A stretch of DNA of 64,000 nucleotides from a virus: positions 7,843 to 71,842 of IMG/VR virus record IMGVR_UViG_3300028920_000006; one strand, given 5' to 3'. The position numbers and the translations under genes were made by a program. Positions within the stretch are counted from its first letter, which is position 1. Each line of letters opens with the position of its first letter. Below are positions 29,809 to 38,374 of the stretch, one piece after another. The notes under the pieces were generated by a model. The model did not search any database. It was not told the origin of the DNA and saw only the letters and a program-made list of their open reading frames with translations.

Positions 29809-30127
29809 GTATTGTGCGCATATATGCGCCCTACGGGTTGTCGTTCTCTTCAACCTGTAACCTAAGCACATCTCTCTTCGCGTATTGCCAAAGCCACAGC
29901 CGCTTGCACTGTGGTATTGTGCAATGCACGCGCTAACTCGTGCTCGTCAATTACGTCTTGTTTTGTTGGCGTAAACAACCTGTCGTTAATCTCGCTAATT
30001 GCAATGGCAATTTCTTGAACAGCAAAATTAACATTGTCTTCGTCAAACATAACGTCGTCTTCGGTGTACTTTTTTGCCTTTGCCATACATACCCCCTAAC
30101 TATAGGGCGCATATATGCGCACAATAC
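29809..30127. repeat. perfect 25-bp inverted repeat pair (29809-29833 and 30103-30127) flanking one gene
   Basis: GTATTGTGCGCATATATGCGCCCTA and its exact reverse complement. Confidence 0.85.
29862..30086 (-). CDS. small acidic hypothetical protein
   Basis: GGGGG RBS; 74 aa. Confidence 0.6.
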   Translation of the reverse strand: MAKAKKYTEDDVMFDEDNVNFAVQEIAIAISEINDRLFTPTKQDVIDEHELARALHNTTVQAAVALAIREERCA

Positions 30128-30450
30128 TTTTACCGCCGCATAAGCCGGACGACCGACGATATTAGCCGTTGTGCCAGTGTGTTTGCCCTTAACCCAAGTA
30201 ACCCTAGGCAACCAACACGTAGTAGATCGTCGGGACTTTTATTACCCTGTAGCTGCTAGCCTAGCTGAGAAAGAACGAACGGCTTGTGGGGTATAACCCC
30301 TAAAACCAACGCTAGGGTAAACCGGTTTAACCCATAATGCAAACACTATTCCGGACGATTGCAAGTTTTTGCAACACCCTTGTATATGGTTAAACGCATA
30401 AAGTGTGCCACTCTTTCCCAACTCGGCCGGAAAAGGTATCACTTTCGTAG

Positions 30451-30730
30451 CCGTCCGCGTATCCGTCCGCGTATCCGTATCCGCCTGCGTATCCGTCCGC
30501 GTATCCGTATCCGTCCGCGTATCCGTCCGCGTATCCGTATCCGCCTGCGTATCCGTCCGCGTATCCGCCTGCGTATCCGCCTGCGTATCCGTCGCCATCC
30601 GCGTATCCGCCTGCGTATCCGCCTGCGTATCCGTCCGCGTATCCGCCTGCGTATCCGTCGCCATCCGCGTATCCGCCTGCGTATCCGCCTGCGTATCCGT
30701 CGCCATCCGCGTATCCGCCTGCGTATCCGT
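30451..30730. repeat. tandem array of 6/12/18-bp units built on CGTATCCG (23 copies of CGTATC)
   Basis: Direct inspection; could encode DT-repeat ORF 30242-30706 but no clear RBS. Confidence 0.85.
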
Positions 30731-30810
30731 CTACGTAGCCGTCGCTCGTTGTTTCTACGTAGCACTCACTCGTTGTATCTACGTAGCCGTCGCTCGTTGT
30801 ATCTACGTAC
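30731..30810. repeat. three 24-bp tandem repeats starting with palindrome CTACGTAG
   Basis: CTACGTAGCCGTCGCTCGTTGT-like units. Confidence 0.8.
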
Positions 30811-31212
30811 CACTAAATCGTCGTAAATTGCCAGTGGTTTAACCAGCTTACCCTAATAAAAATTATTATGGCTTTATACACCCCCTACACACCCCCGGTT
30901 TAACCCCCACCACACAAAACGCCCGCCAATACGCCAACACCCCCTGTACACACCCCACCAAAACCGGCCTACAATGGCGCACACGGCCTTAAAACGGCTT
31001 ACCCTATACCTACACATACCCCAATATTGCAGGCCCGTATAGCGCATTGTGGGGCATTACCCCCTACAATGGCCCACAATGCCGTTTAACCGGTTTAACC
31101 CCCCCCGTATAGGGTAGGTATAGGTGCACGGGGGGTGTAACCCCCTACAGGTTAAACTGCGGCCTTGTAGGGGGTGTTGTGGCGGGGTTTAACCTGTAGG
31201 GGGTGTAGGGGC

Positions 31213-31253
31213 AAACAAAAACCCCCTGCTACCCGGTATAGGTAGCAGGGGGT
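31213..31253 (-). terminator. rho-independent terminator
   Basis: 13-bp stem ACCCCCTGCTACC/GGTAGCAGGGGGT followed by TTTTGTTT on minus strand. Confidence 0.8.
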
Positions 31254-31290
31254 AAACCCTGCGGGGTGTGGTTAAACCCCGCGTTACGGG

Positions 31291-31608
31291 TTAGCTGGCC
31301 TTTGCCAGCTTGTGGGCCTTGGGGTTTATTTTGGCACCGTTAGCGGCCAGCTTGCGCAGTGCCAACCGCACGTTGCGGTTAGCCAGCGCCCAGCTTATAG
31401 GTGCAAACCTTTTTGCCACCATGTTAGCCAAGTGGCGGCGGCCCTTGTTACCGTGCTGTGCGTGTATGCTGGCCACGTAAGCCGCAATGGTTTGCTTGCC
31501 GTTGCGCGTACCCTTGGCTTTGCCCTTGCTGGCCTTGGCTTTGCCCTTGCTTGCCTTGTTGCTGGCCTTGTTGCCCTTGTTGCTTGCCTTTTTTGTGCGT
31601 GTTGCCAT
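31291..31608 (-). CDS. 105 aa Lys/Ala-rich basic protein with no Asp/Glu (H1-like)
   Basis: AAGGTG RBS, MATRTKKASNKG..., terminator immediately downstream. Confidence 0.7.
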   Translation of the reverse strand: MATRTKKASNKGNKASNKASKGKAKASKGKAKGTRNGKQTIAAYVASIHAQHGNKGRRHLANMVAKRFAPISWALANRNVRLALRKLAANGAKINPKAHKLAKAS

Positions 31609-31778
31609 TTTATACACCTTTATACAGTGGTTTAACCCATTGTGGGTTAAACCGGTTATACCGCTATGCGCAATACGGTATTGCGCATACCAAACCAACC
31701 AAACTATACCATAAGCGTACCCCTTAACTATGCCATGCCCCGTGGCCTTATACCCGTTACCAGTATGCGTAATGCGGT

Positions 31779-32042
31779 TTAACCCGCCGTTTTGCCCGCC
31801 AGTAGGTTTTGCACTGCTGCACGGGGTGTAGGCCCATACGCCACTACCCAGCCCATACCCGGCGGCCATGCCGCCCACCTGCTTGCACTGGCTGGGCCTA
31901 CCCGGCACAATACCGTGCCGCACTGCGCACACGTTACTGTTGCGTAGTGTGTGTGGCTGTAGGGTACACTGTGCACCCAATAATATTTGTATGGCATACC
32001 GGGCCTGTACATAACGGGTATGCCGTGCGTGTGTTGTACCAT
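31779..32042 (-). CDS. 87 aa Asp/Glu-free protein (CAQC)
   Basis: GGGGG RBS 7 nt before ATG; TAA stop. Confidence 0.55.
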   Translation of the reverse strand: MVQHTHGIPVMYRPGMPYKYYWVHSVPYSHTHYATVTCAQCGTVLCRVGPASASRWAAWPPGMGWVVAYGPTPRAAVQNLLAGKTAG

Positions 32043-32105
32043 GGTTTAACCCCCTGTTTGTGTGTTGTGGTTTAACCTGTTGTATACCGCTATGCGTAAT
32101 GCGGT

Positions 32106-32300
32106 TTAACCCGCCGCTTGCGTGGCCAGCATGGCCTGTACCTGCGCATGGTATGTAGGCGCATACTGTATGGGTTTGGTGTGCCAACCACGGCCTACCC
32201 GTATAATTTTTACCCTGCCCGCGCCCGCAGTTAAACCCGTACCCTTTGCCCTTACCCGCACTACCGTTACCTGCCGTGGTGCCGCAAACAATACCAGCAT
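32106..32300 (-). CDS. 64 aa Asp/Glu-free basic protein
   Basis: GGGGG RBS 5 nt before ATG; first ORF with an RBS after the promoter. Confidence 0.55.
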   Translation of the reverse strand: MLVLFAAPRQVTVVRVRAKGTGLTAGAGRVKIIRVGRGWHTKPIQYAPTYHAQVQAMLATQAAG

Positions 32301-32415
32301 ACACACCCCCTATGTTACCTGCAGGGGCAATACCACATAGCGCAATACCGTATAGCGCAATGCCTACCCCCACCGCGTTAATTAACCTGTATGTTACCCG
32401 TACCAACATGCCGCT

Positions 32416-32445
32416 ATAATAGGTTAAACCAGTTTAACCATGCAA
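32416..32445 (-). promoter_or_regulatory. sigma70-type early promoter TTGCAT-N18-TATTAT with A/T-rich upstream element
   Basis: Spacer is exactly two GGTTWAAC-like 9-mers; sits at the head of the leftward arm. Confidence 0.6.
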
Positions 32446-32802
32446 GTACTTTTTGCATAAAAACAAAGAATAGTTGTAAACCCCTACGGTTTAACCGTTT
32501 ACAAGGAAAGAAATAATTATTTATACACCCTAATAATTTGTAGCTATTTACAATACATGTAAATACATGGTATAAACCACGCCGTAGCGCAAGCTGTAGC
32601 CAAGCTGTAGCCAAGTGTATAAATAAATGCAAAAAATACATAACCGGTTAAACCATGTACAAGCATCGTCACCACTAGGCTATACCCCTACCCGTAGCAT
32701 ACCCAATAATAGTAGCGTGTGTGTGGGCCACAGCCCCACACAACACCCCAAAACTATGTTGCTGCACAGCCCTAACCATGCCCCGGTTAAACCGCAAAAC
32801 TA

Positions 32803-32850
32803 CCCCCATTACAAATACGTTATACACCCCCATTACAAATACTTTATACA
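32803..32850. repeat. 24-bp tandem duplication
   Basis: CCCCCATTACAAATAC(G/T)TTATACA twice. Confidence 0.75.
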
Positions 32851-32980
32851 CCTTAATACGCACGGCAGTTTGGGTTTGCGTGGTGGGGGTCGCTCCCCCC
32901 TCTACAACCATGATCTAGAAATGAGGATAAGTAACCGTGACCTCAATATCATCATCAAAAAAAATGGTAGGATGTGTCAT

Positions 32981-33637
32981 ATGAAACATATAGTGGGATT
33001 TTCAGGGGGGAAAGACAGCACGGCTATTCTACACTTGCCTCCGATATGTGATCTCCCCAGAGAAGACACTATTCTCCTCCACTTTGAATGTGACTGGGAT
33101 TTCCCTCAGATGGTGGATCATTTGAAACTGGTAGAAGAGAAAACAGGGCTGGAAATCGTAAGGGTACGCTACTATCGTCATTTCAATGAACAGCTTGGGG
33201 TTTTCGGTTGGCCCAGATCAAATGGTGGATGGTGTACAGCGTGCAAACAGATGACATGCCAAAAATATATTCGAGGGGTCAGAGGTCCCAAGACAGAGTA
33301 TGTAGGTTTTGCAGCGGATGAAGTACACAGGACGGAAACCAAATGGGTGAAGGAGAGAAAGTGGCCTATCTGCTTTCCGTTGATTGATTTAGGTATGAAT
33401 GAGAATGATGCCCTTTCGTTGTGTTTGGGGTTGGGATATGATTGGGATGGGTTGTATGATATCTTTGATAGAGTCTCTTGTTGGAACTGTGCCAAAGCTG
33501 GAAATCACAAGAGAGACAAGATTAAGAAGCATTTCCCAGAACTGGAACTAGAGTGGAAGAGGTTGGACATTATTGCAGCAAGAGCAGAGCAGGGAATAAA
33601 CAACCGGAGAGTTCGTACTCGGAGGTCCAGACAGTGA
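32981..33637 (+). CDS. PAPS reductase-like (PP-loop) protein
   Basis: FSGGKDS, WCTACK, GFAADE..R, FPL, RVSCWNC. Confidence 0.85.
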   Translation: MKHIVGFSGGKDSTAILHLPPICDLPREDTILLHFECDWDFPQMVDHLKLVEEKTGLEIVRVRYYRHFNEQLGVFGWPRSNGGWCTACKQMTCQKYIRGVRGPKTEYVGFAADEVHRTETKWVKERKWPICFPLIDLGMNENDALSLCLGLGYDWDGLYDIFDRVSCWNCAKAGNHKRDKIKKHFPELELEWKRLDIIAARAEQGINNRRVRTRRSRQ

Positions 33638-34275
33638 AGCGTACCCGTAGATCATCAAAAAAGAAAGCGAAACCCGAACCCGTAGAACCCGCTGAGCTAC
33701 TGAAACCCGAGGATAGACCCACACCTCCCAACTACGGGCCAGAGGCGAAGAGCTCATATAGGGAAATGCTGTTTGCGAATGCTTTCATAAGGCGGAACTT
33801 TAATGCGACCGATGCTGCCAAGGATGCAGGGTATAATGGCACTAGGGGGTCGTTGGCTGTATTGGGGTCAAGGCTGTTGAAGAAGGAGACTGTTAAGGGT
33901 CTTATTCAGAAGGCGTTGAATAAGCAGAACTACAGGTTTCAATTGGACAGTGATTTTGTTCTACAGAGTCTTATGGAAATTGTAGAACGGTGTATGCAGA
34001 AAGAGCCGATACGGGATAGGAAAGGGAGGCCTACGGGACAGTGGAAGTTTGCGGATAGAGGAGCGAATAAAGCCCTTGAGCTCTTAGGTAAGCATCTGAA
34101 GTTGTGGACGGAGCGTATGGAGATAACTGGTCCTGGGGGAGGTCCGATACAGTTAGCTCATTATGATCTGTCCAAGTTGGGTGCGGGAGAGCTGAAGACG
34201 TTGAGGAGGTTGCTGAAGAAGGCGAAGAAGGATGAGAGTGATATGGAAAGAGCTCTTAAGGGGAAAGTAGCGTGA
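33634..34275 (+). CDS. terS: terminase small subunit
   Basis: FNATDAAKDAGY..GSRLL, ALELLGKHL; GGAGGT RBS, GTG start. Confidence 0.85.
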   Translation: MKRTRRSSKKKAKPEPVEPAELLKPEDRPTPPNYGPEAKSSYREMLFANAFIRRNFNATDAAKDAGYNGTRGSLAVLGSRLLKKETVKGLIQKALNKQNYRFQLDSDFVLQSLMEIVERCMQKEPIRDRKGRPTGQWKFADRGANKALELLGKHLKLWTERMEITGPGGGPIQLAHYDLSKLGAGELKTLRRLLKKAKKDESDMERALKGKVA

Positions 34276-34409
34276 TGAGAGCAACCGTACCTAATATTCC
34301 CAAACCGCCTCCACCTCCAAAGAAGGAGAAACCTTCGTTGAGGAAGTCATTGATCAAAGCGGGTGTAGTTCCGCCTGAACCACCTCCGAATGAGTCAGTG
34401 AGGGTATGA
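34275..34409 (+). CDS. 44 aa proline-rich peptide
   Basis: Fills terS-terL gap with TGATG and ATGA overlaps. Confidence 0.4.
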   Translation: MRATVPNIPKPPPPPKKEKPSLRKSLIKAGVVPPEPPPNESVRV

Positions 34410-36163
34410 CCACAACCAGAAGAATACGAACCCGCAGATGCGGGAAGAGCAAGAGAGGGTTCAAGCGTAAGAGTATGCACTGGAAGAGTGACTATCTGCG
34501 GTTTAACGCTGAGAGCAGAGATGGTCCAGATATACTCGAACCGCTTTTGAGGTCCGAACCGATGCCTGAGGATGAAGACGAACTTTACCTCCCGGGCCTT
34601 GATGCTGTTGAACTTGCTCTGTGTGAAGTGTCCCTTTTGCAATTCCTTCAAAAAGTATGGCATACTGTTGAACCCAAGGAATTCGTATCTGGATTCCATA
34701 TAGAGGCAATATGCGACCATCTCGAAGCAATGGCTAATCTTCAAATACGCAAGCTGATAATCAATATCCCTCCGCGGTACATGAAGAGTCTTGGTTGCAG
34801 TGTGTTTTTCTGTCCGTGGATATGGTTGAAGGATCCTTCAAAGAGGTTCATGTATGCTTCGTATGCTCAGACCCTTAGTATAAGGGATAGCAGGAAATCC
34901 CGCCTTGTAATCCAATCCAAAGAGTATCAGCGTATGATACTGAGCAAATATCCTGACTTCAAGTTCAGTGGTGACCAGAATGCCAAGATGCGATTTGACA
35001 ATACGTATAATGGGTATAGGATCGCAACTTCGGTAGGAGGTATGACTACTGGTGAAGGCGGTGACTTCAACATCATAGATGACCCCCACAATGTAGTGGA
35101 CGGTGAGAGTGATGCCAAGAGGCTTGAGGCTTTGTTATGGATTGATGAAGCAATGAGCACACGGCGAGACTCACCGGAGGAAACGGCCTACCTGCTTATT
35201 ATGCAGAGGATCCACGAGAATGACATGACAGGTCATCTACTGGCGAAAGAAGCAGGGTGGGAACACTTGTGCCTCCCCCATAGGTATGAGGGGATGAACA
35301 GGTGTCATACGTCACTTAACTTCAAAGACCCCCGTAAGAAAGAAGGCGAACTGCTCTGGCCCACACATTGGACAGAGGCAGCGACCAAGGACGTAGAGGC
35401 TGAAATGTCTCAGTATGCTATCGCGGCTCAGTTGTATCAGCGTCCCAGTCCGCGAGGCGGTGGTATGATTCCCATATCCAAGTTCAACTTTGCCCACATT
35501 ATAGATCGTACCAAGATAGTATCATCTGTACGGTACTGGGACAAAGCAGCTACGGAAGCCGGAGGTAAGCGGACGGCCGGGGTGTTGATGCACAAGATGA
35601 GCAATGGTAGGTTCCTGATAGAAGACATTGTAAAAGGCCAATGGTCCACCGGGAACAGAGAAGCTCGTATAGAACAAGTGGCTACCTTGGATGCATCCCG
35701 TACAGTGGCTAGGGTAGAACAGATCGGCAAACCGGCACGCAAGGTCCCTGTGAAAATATGGATTGAGCAGGAGCCGGGTAGTGGAGGCAAAGAATCTGCG
35801 GAGAACACCATAACACGCCTCGCAGGTTTTGTGGTACACGCTGACAGGGTTACAGGTGCAAAAGAAGACCGTGCAGAACCCTTTGCAGTACAGGTAGAGC
35901 ACGGGATGGTAGATCTGTATATACCACAAAACAAGAAGGGGAATCTCAAGGATACTTGGGTAGGCGGTGACGATGGTTTTCTTCATGAGTGTGAATTGTT
36001 TCCTATGGGTAAGTTCAGCGATCAGGTGGATGCTGCGTCAGGAGCGTTCAACAAGCTGACCGGCAAGAAGAAGATTGCCCGGACGTGGGGTACAAGAAAG
36101 AACAAAGGTGTAGTTCGGAGGCGGAGGCAACGGGGGAAAGTCACTTCAGTGGCTCAGGCATAA
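34406..36163 (+). CDS. terL: terminase large subunit
   Basis: INIPPRYMKS, IIDDPH, IMQRIH, WDKA, EQEPGSGGK, DQVDA. Confidence 0.93.
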   Translation: MTTTRRIRTRRCGKSKRGFKRKSMHWKSDYLRFNAESRDGPDILEPLLRSEPMPEDEDELYLPGLDAVELALCEVSLLQFLQKVWHTVEPKEFVSGFHIEAICDHLEAMANLQIRKLIINIPPRYMKSLGCSVFFCPWIWLKDPSKRFMYASYAQTLSIRDSRKSRLVIQSKEYQRMILSKYPDFKFSGDQNAKMRFDNTYNGYRIATSVGGMTTGEGGDFNIIDDPHNVVDGESDAKRLEALLWIDEAMSTRRDSPEETAYLLIMQRIHENDMTGHLLAKEAGWEHLCLPHRYEGMNRCHTSLNFKDPRKKEGELLWPTHWTEAATKDVEAEMSQYAIAAQLYQRPSPRGGGMIPISKFNFAHIIDRTKIVSSVRYWDKAATEAGGKRTAGVLMHKMSNGRFLIEDIVKGQWSTGNREARIEQVATLDASRTVARVEQIGKPARKVPVKIWIEQEPGSGGKESAENTITRLAGFVVHADRVTGAKEDRAEPFAVQVEHGMVDLYIPQNKKGNLKDTWVGGDDGFLHECELFPMGKFSDQVDAASGAFNKLTGKKKIARTWGTRKNKGVVRRRRQRGKVTSVAQA

Positions 36164-36175
36164 GGAGATCTAACC

Positions 36176-36736
36176 ATGGCAATAGTATCACCAAGTAAGG
36201 AAGCGGGTAAGTTGATACAGGAGATCCACGATCTGGTAATGAAGCATACGGGGGTGGATTTCAGTACTGATGTATGTACGTTGAATCTGCATTGTGGTGT
36301 GAAGGAAGAATGGAACAAGATGACTGTGGTCTACAATGGTAAGGTTGAGACAGAACACGGTCGCCATTCACAGGGACAGCAGATCAACATATGGATGCTG
36401 CTCAAAACAGATGAGGCTCTTTACAACTGGTTGTTGGAAATTGCAGAGTTGGTGAAACGGTGGGCCAAATTTAATCCAGGGGCAGAATTGTATGAAGCCG
36501 TCATAAACATCCCATATGAAGATGTTGTCATGATGAGTGTCAATGTCTATGCACAGGATCCTATTGAAGTAGAAATCCCGGACTATACTGACTGTAAGCA
36601 CAGAAACCCTGAGAGGCCGGGAGGGTGTGACCACGGATATGTGAATTGTGAGCAAGGCAGACTATGTCTTTCTTACGAAGGGGGAGACCGTCCTGTTGAC
36701 AAGGCGGTGGAAAAGGAGATAGCTAGTCCGCAATGA
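36176..36736 (+). CDS. hypothetical protein
   Basis: AGGAG RBS; 186 aa. Confidence 0.6.
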   Translation: MAIVSPSKEAGKLIQEIHDLVMKHTGVDFSTDVCTLNLHCGVKEEWNKMTVVYNGKVETEHGRHSQGQQINIWMLLKTDEALYNWLLEIAELVKRWAKFNPGAELYEAVINIPYEDVVMMSVNVYAQDPIEVEIPDYTDCKHRNPERPGGCDHGYVNCEQGRLCLSYEGGDRPVDKAVEKEIASPQ

Positions 36737-36894
36737 AACTGATTTGTGATAGTTGTGAACACGAGTTCTACCGGCATCCGATACAATATTACAAGGTGCC
36801 GGAGATAAAGGTCTGCCCCAAGTGTAAGGAGGGGCAAGGGATACCGGCCGAGGAGAAGCCAGATGGCACAAGCGATCAAAAGAATAAGGACTAG
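36733..36894 (+). CDS. small Zn-ribbon protein (53 aa)
   Basis: CDSC..CPKC; ATGA overlap; manual translation. Confidence 0.45.
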   Translation: MKLICDSCEHEFYRHPIQYYKVPEIKVCPKCKEGQGIPAEEKPDGTSDQKNKD

Positions 36895-38374
36895 ACATTC
36901 CGGAGGCACTAATCCGGAGAAACTGCTGAAGCAGTTGGATAAGAGTGTCCTCTCCCGGATGCAAGCTCTTGCTTCGGCTGTCACATCCCGAGCACAGTTG
37001 CAATCCAAGCTGGGATTGTCCTACGAAGGGGACAGGAATCTCTATACGGCGCTGGGATACCCCACGTCGTTGACGTTCTCGCGCTATAACAGCCGCTTCG
37101 CTAGACAGGACATAGCGCGTAGGGTTATCACATGCTTCCCGGATGCAACGTGGAAGTCCAAACCCATTATTCGCGATGACCTAGAGAGTAAGCAAAGCGC
37201 CTTTGAGAAAGCCGTCAAAGACCTTGTGGACAACCATCAGCTTTACCACTATCTGAACAGGTTGGATATTCTCAGCCGTATAGGTCAGTATGGTGTGATG
37301 TTGATAGGGGTGTCCGGGCTTAGTGGCGAAAAAGGATTGGCGAAACCTGTATTGCAATCTCGTGGTAAGAAGGGGAAGGGTTACAATCTGCTGTACCTCC
37401 AACCATACAGCCAAGAACATGCGAACATTATAGAACTGGTGAAGGATGTTAAAGATGAGCGGTTTGGTCTCCCCAACTTGTATGAGGTCACCGTCAGTGT
37501 ACAGGACACCAACATCAGTTCTGTTACCAGTGGTCAAGTTGTTACGTCAGAGAGCCGTACTATCCCCGTCCATTGGAGTCGCTTGATCCATGTCACACCT
37601 GATGCAATGGAAAGTGATGTGTATGGTACACCCATCCTCAAGGATATCTACAACAGGCTACAGGATCTGGAGTTGGTAGCAGGTGGTTCCAGTGAAATGT
37701 ATTGGCGAGGGGCTTTTCCCGGCATCAGCTTTGAAGCAGAGGGGGATGTTGAGTTACCCAGCGAAAGTGACATGGAAGATGAGATTGAGGATTATATCCA
37801 CGGTGTATCTCGCTATCTACGTCTCCAAGGGGTGAAGGCCAATCAGCTTGAACCCAACATCGTACCGGCCAAGGATCAGATTGACATTATCATTTCACTC
37901 ATAGCAGGTGCCAAGGGTATTCCAAAGAGGATCCTTATGGGCAGTGAGCGAGGTGAACTTGCTTCCACACAGGACAGGGCGAGTTGGGATGATCGTGTGG
38001 AGGAACGCCGTGTCAACTTTGCTGAGCCTATGATACTAAGACCTGTCATCGACAGATTTATAGATCTGGGTATACTACCTGAGCCGGTGGAGGGTACATA
38101 TACGGTAACATGGCCTGATATCAATTCGCTCACGCTACAGGAGAAGAGCGAAGTTGCTGAACGGTTTGCCAAGTCACTCAAGGCGTATATCGAAGCAGGT
38201 GTGGATGAGATTATCACTCCTGTGTCATTCCTTGTTGACTTTGTGGGTGTGGAGCGCAGCAAGGCTGAGGAAATGGTTGCTGAGGCCATGGACGAATTGG
38301 GTCGCGAAGACGCCGACCGTCGTAAGTTGAAAGAAATTGACGAGGAAGAAGAAGACGAAGAAGAGGAAGTGTGA
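36863..38374 (+). CDS. portal protein (DUF1073-like)
   Basis: After terL; FGLP..Y, VHWSRLIH, GIPKRIL.GSERGELAS..D. Confidence 0.85.
   Translation: MAQAIKRIRTRHSGGTNPEKLLKQLDKSVLSRMQALASAVTSRAQLQSKLGLSYEGDRNLYTALGYPTSLTFSRYNSRFARQDIARRVITCFPDATWKSKPIIRDDLESKQSAFEKAVKDLVDNHQLYHYLNRLDILSRIGQYGVMLIGVSGLSGEKGLAKPVLQSRGKKGKGYNLLYLQPYSQEHANIIELVKDVKDERFGLPNLYEVTVSVQDTNISSVTSGQVVTSESRTIPVHWSRLIHVTPDAMESDVYGTPILKDIYNRLQDLELVAGGSSEMYWRGAFPGISFEAEGDVELPSESDMEDEIEDYIHGVSRYLRLQGVKANQLEPNIVPAKDQIDIIISLIAGAKGIPKRILMGSERGELASTQDRASWDDRVEERRVNFAEPMILRPVIDRFIDLGILPEPVEGTYTVTWPDINSLTLQEKSEVAERFAKSLKAYIEAGVDEIITPVSFLVDFVGVERSKAEEMVAEAMDELGREDADRRKLKEIDEEEEDEEEEV

Larger units (their letters stand above)
30823..32468. 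other. GA/TC-dinucleotide-free tract (about 1.65 kb)
   Basis: Line-by-line reading finds no TC or GA between TC at 30821 and GA at 32468; only 5 occurrences from 32468 to 32889. Confidence 0.92.

Noticed and set aside
30451-30810. CRISPR array
   Set aside because: Units are contiguous with no unique spacers, and there are no cas genes in the window
31291-32409. 372 aa minus-strand ORF spanning the GA/TC-free zone as one gene
   Set aside because: TGA cannot occur here, so long frames are more likely by chance. The ORF lacks an RBS and crosses hairpins and repeats, while three shorter ORFs have proper RBSs; only the last 105 aa are called
30823-32468. UV pyrimidine-dimer avoidance or simple low complexity as the cause of TC loss
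   Set aside because: TT, CC and CT are abundant and all four bases are well represented; only GA/TC is missing
32627-32980. N-terminal 118 aa extension of the PAPS-reductase-like ORF
   Set aside because: Runs through repeat-rich, largely GA/TC-free DNA; the fold starts at MKHIVGFSGGKDS
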